Of a stretch of DNA of 64,000 bases, positions 63,201-64,000 are shown piece after piece (the stretch's first letter is position 1; the number at the start of each line of letters is the position of its first letter). Both the position numbers and the translations under genes were made by a program. The DNA comes from Heterodontus francisci (taxonomy: Eukaryota). The stretch covers positions 18,716,936 through 18,780,935 of the forward strand of contig NC_090398.1 of NCBI RefSeq assembly GCF_036365525.1, read 5' to 3'. The notes beneath the pieces are model-generated. The model made no database searches and was not told where the DNA came from. It saw only the letters and a list, made by a program, of their open reading frames with translations.

Positions 63201-63592
63201 AGCAACATAACGCAGTGCTGGTCGAAGGTGTGAGCGGGGCTATGGGCTCCGTGTTTTCGGATTGATTGGAAGAGCTGTCAATCTGATTGTAGGCAATAGG
63301 AGGAGCGGACTAACTGAGGGTCATTAATTGATGCAGAGTTCTGACACAGTAGTGGCAGTGAGCATGCTCCACCTCGGCCACCAATTGTGCACGGCTTCAG
63401 TTAAATATCTGTTTATGTAAATGAAATGCCCTGGAATTTATCTCCAAATACTTCATCATGGATCAGTAAAGAAGGTTTCTTTAGATGAAATTGGTCAGTA
63501 ACTTATTGATCTATACTGACCCCATTTATATAAACATCCAAAGATTGAAAGGATTCTATCTTCATCAATAATTTCTTACACTATTGAATCTT

Positions 63593-64000
63593 CAAACTCC
63601 AATTCCCCAATCACATCTAATGTATCTCGAGAGTGATTCCGATAAATCCTCAAACTCCAATTCCCCAATCACATCTATTGTATCTCGAGAGTGATCCCGA
63701 TAAATCCTCAAACTCCAATTCCCCAATCGCATCTATTGTATCTCGAGAGTGATCCCGATAAATTCTCAAACTCCAATTCCCCAATCACATCTATTGTATC
63801 TCGAGAGTGATTCCGATAAATCCTCAAACTCCAATTCCCCAATCGCATCTATTGTATCTCGAGAGTGATCCCGATAAATCCTCAAACTCCAATTCCCCAA
63901 TCACATCTATTGTATCTCGAGAGTGATTCCGATAAATCCTCAAACTCCAATTCCCCAATCACATCTATTGTATCTCGAGAGTGATCCCGATAAATCCTCA
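63593..64000. repeat. 58-bp minisatellite, at least 7 copies, running off the window
   Basis: Unit CAAACTCCAATTCCCCAATCACATCTATTGTATCTCGAGAGTGATTCCGATAAATCCT. Confidence 0.97.

Overview
This is repeat-rich vertebrate genomic DNA. The SINE, CR1 and Penelope families and the NLR type point to a cartilaginous fish (shark-like); that assignment is inferred. The only host gene is a + strand multi-exon NLR immune receptor (CARD-like N-terminal domain, NLRP3/12-type NACHT, 87/171-nt LRR exons) at ~21.7-38.0 kb. It looks pseudogenised: probable ATG>GTG start loss, a TAA just after Walker A, a frameshift late in the NACHT exon, and a 3' end that runs into an inverted remnant of a paralogous NLR 5' region. 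Upstream lies a triplicated promoter/first-exon-like module. The rest consists of many CR1 and L2-like LINE fragments, V-SINE and SacSINE/DeuSINE-like SINEs, a decayed Gmr1-like SCAN-bearing LTR retrotransposon, two Penelope-like families carrying hammerhead-ribozyme motifs, an 18S rRNA pseudogene split by a CR1, a probable DNA transposon and four minisatellites (69, 39, 40 and 58 bp). Coordinates were read by eye and repeat boundaries are approximate.
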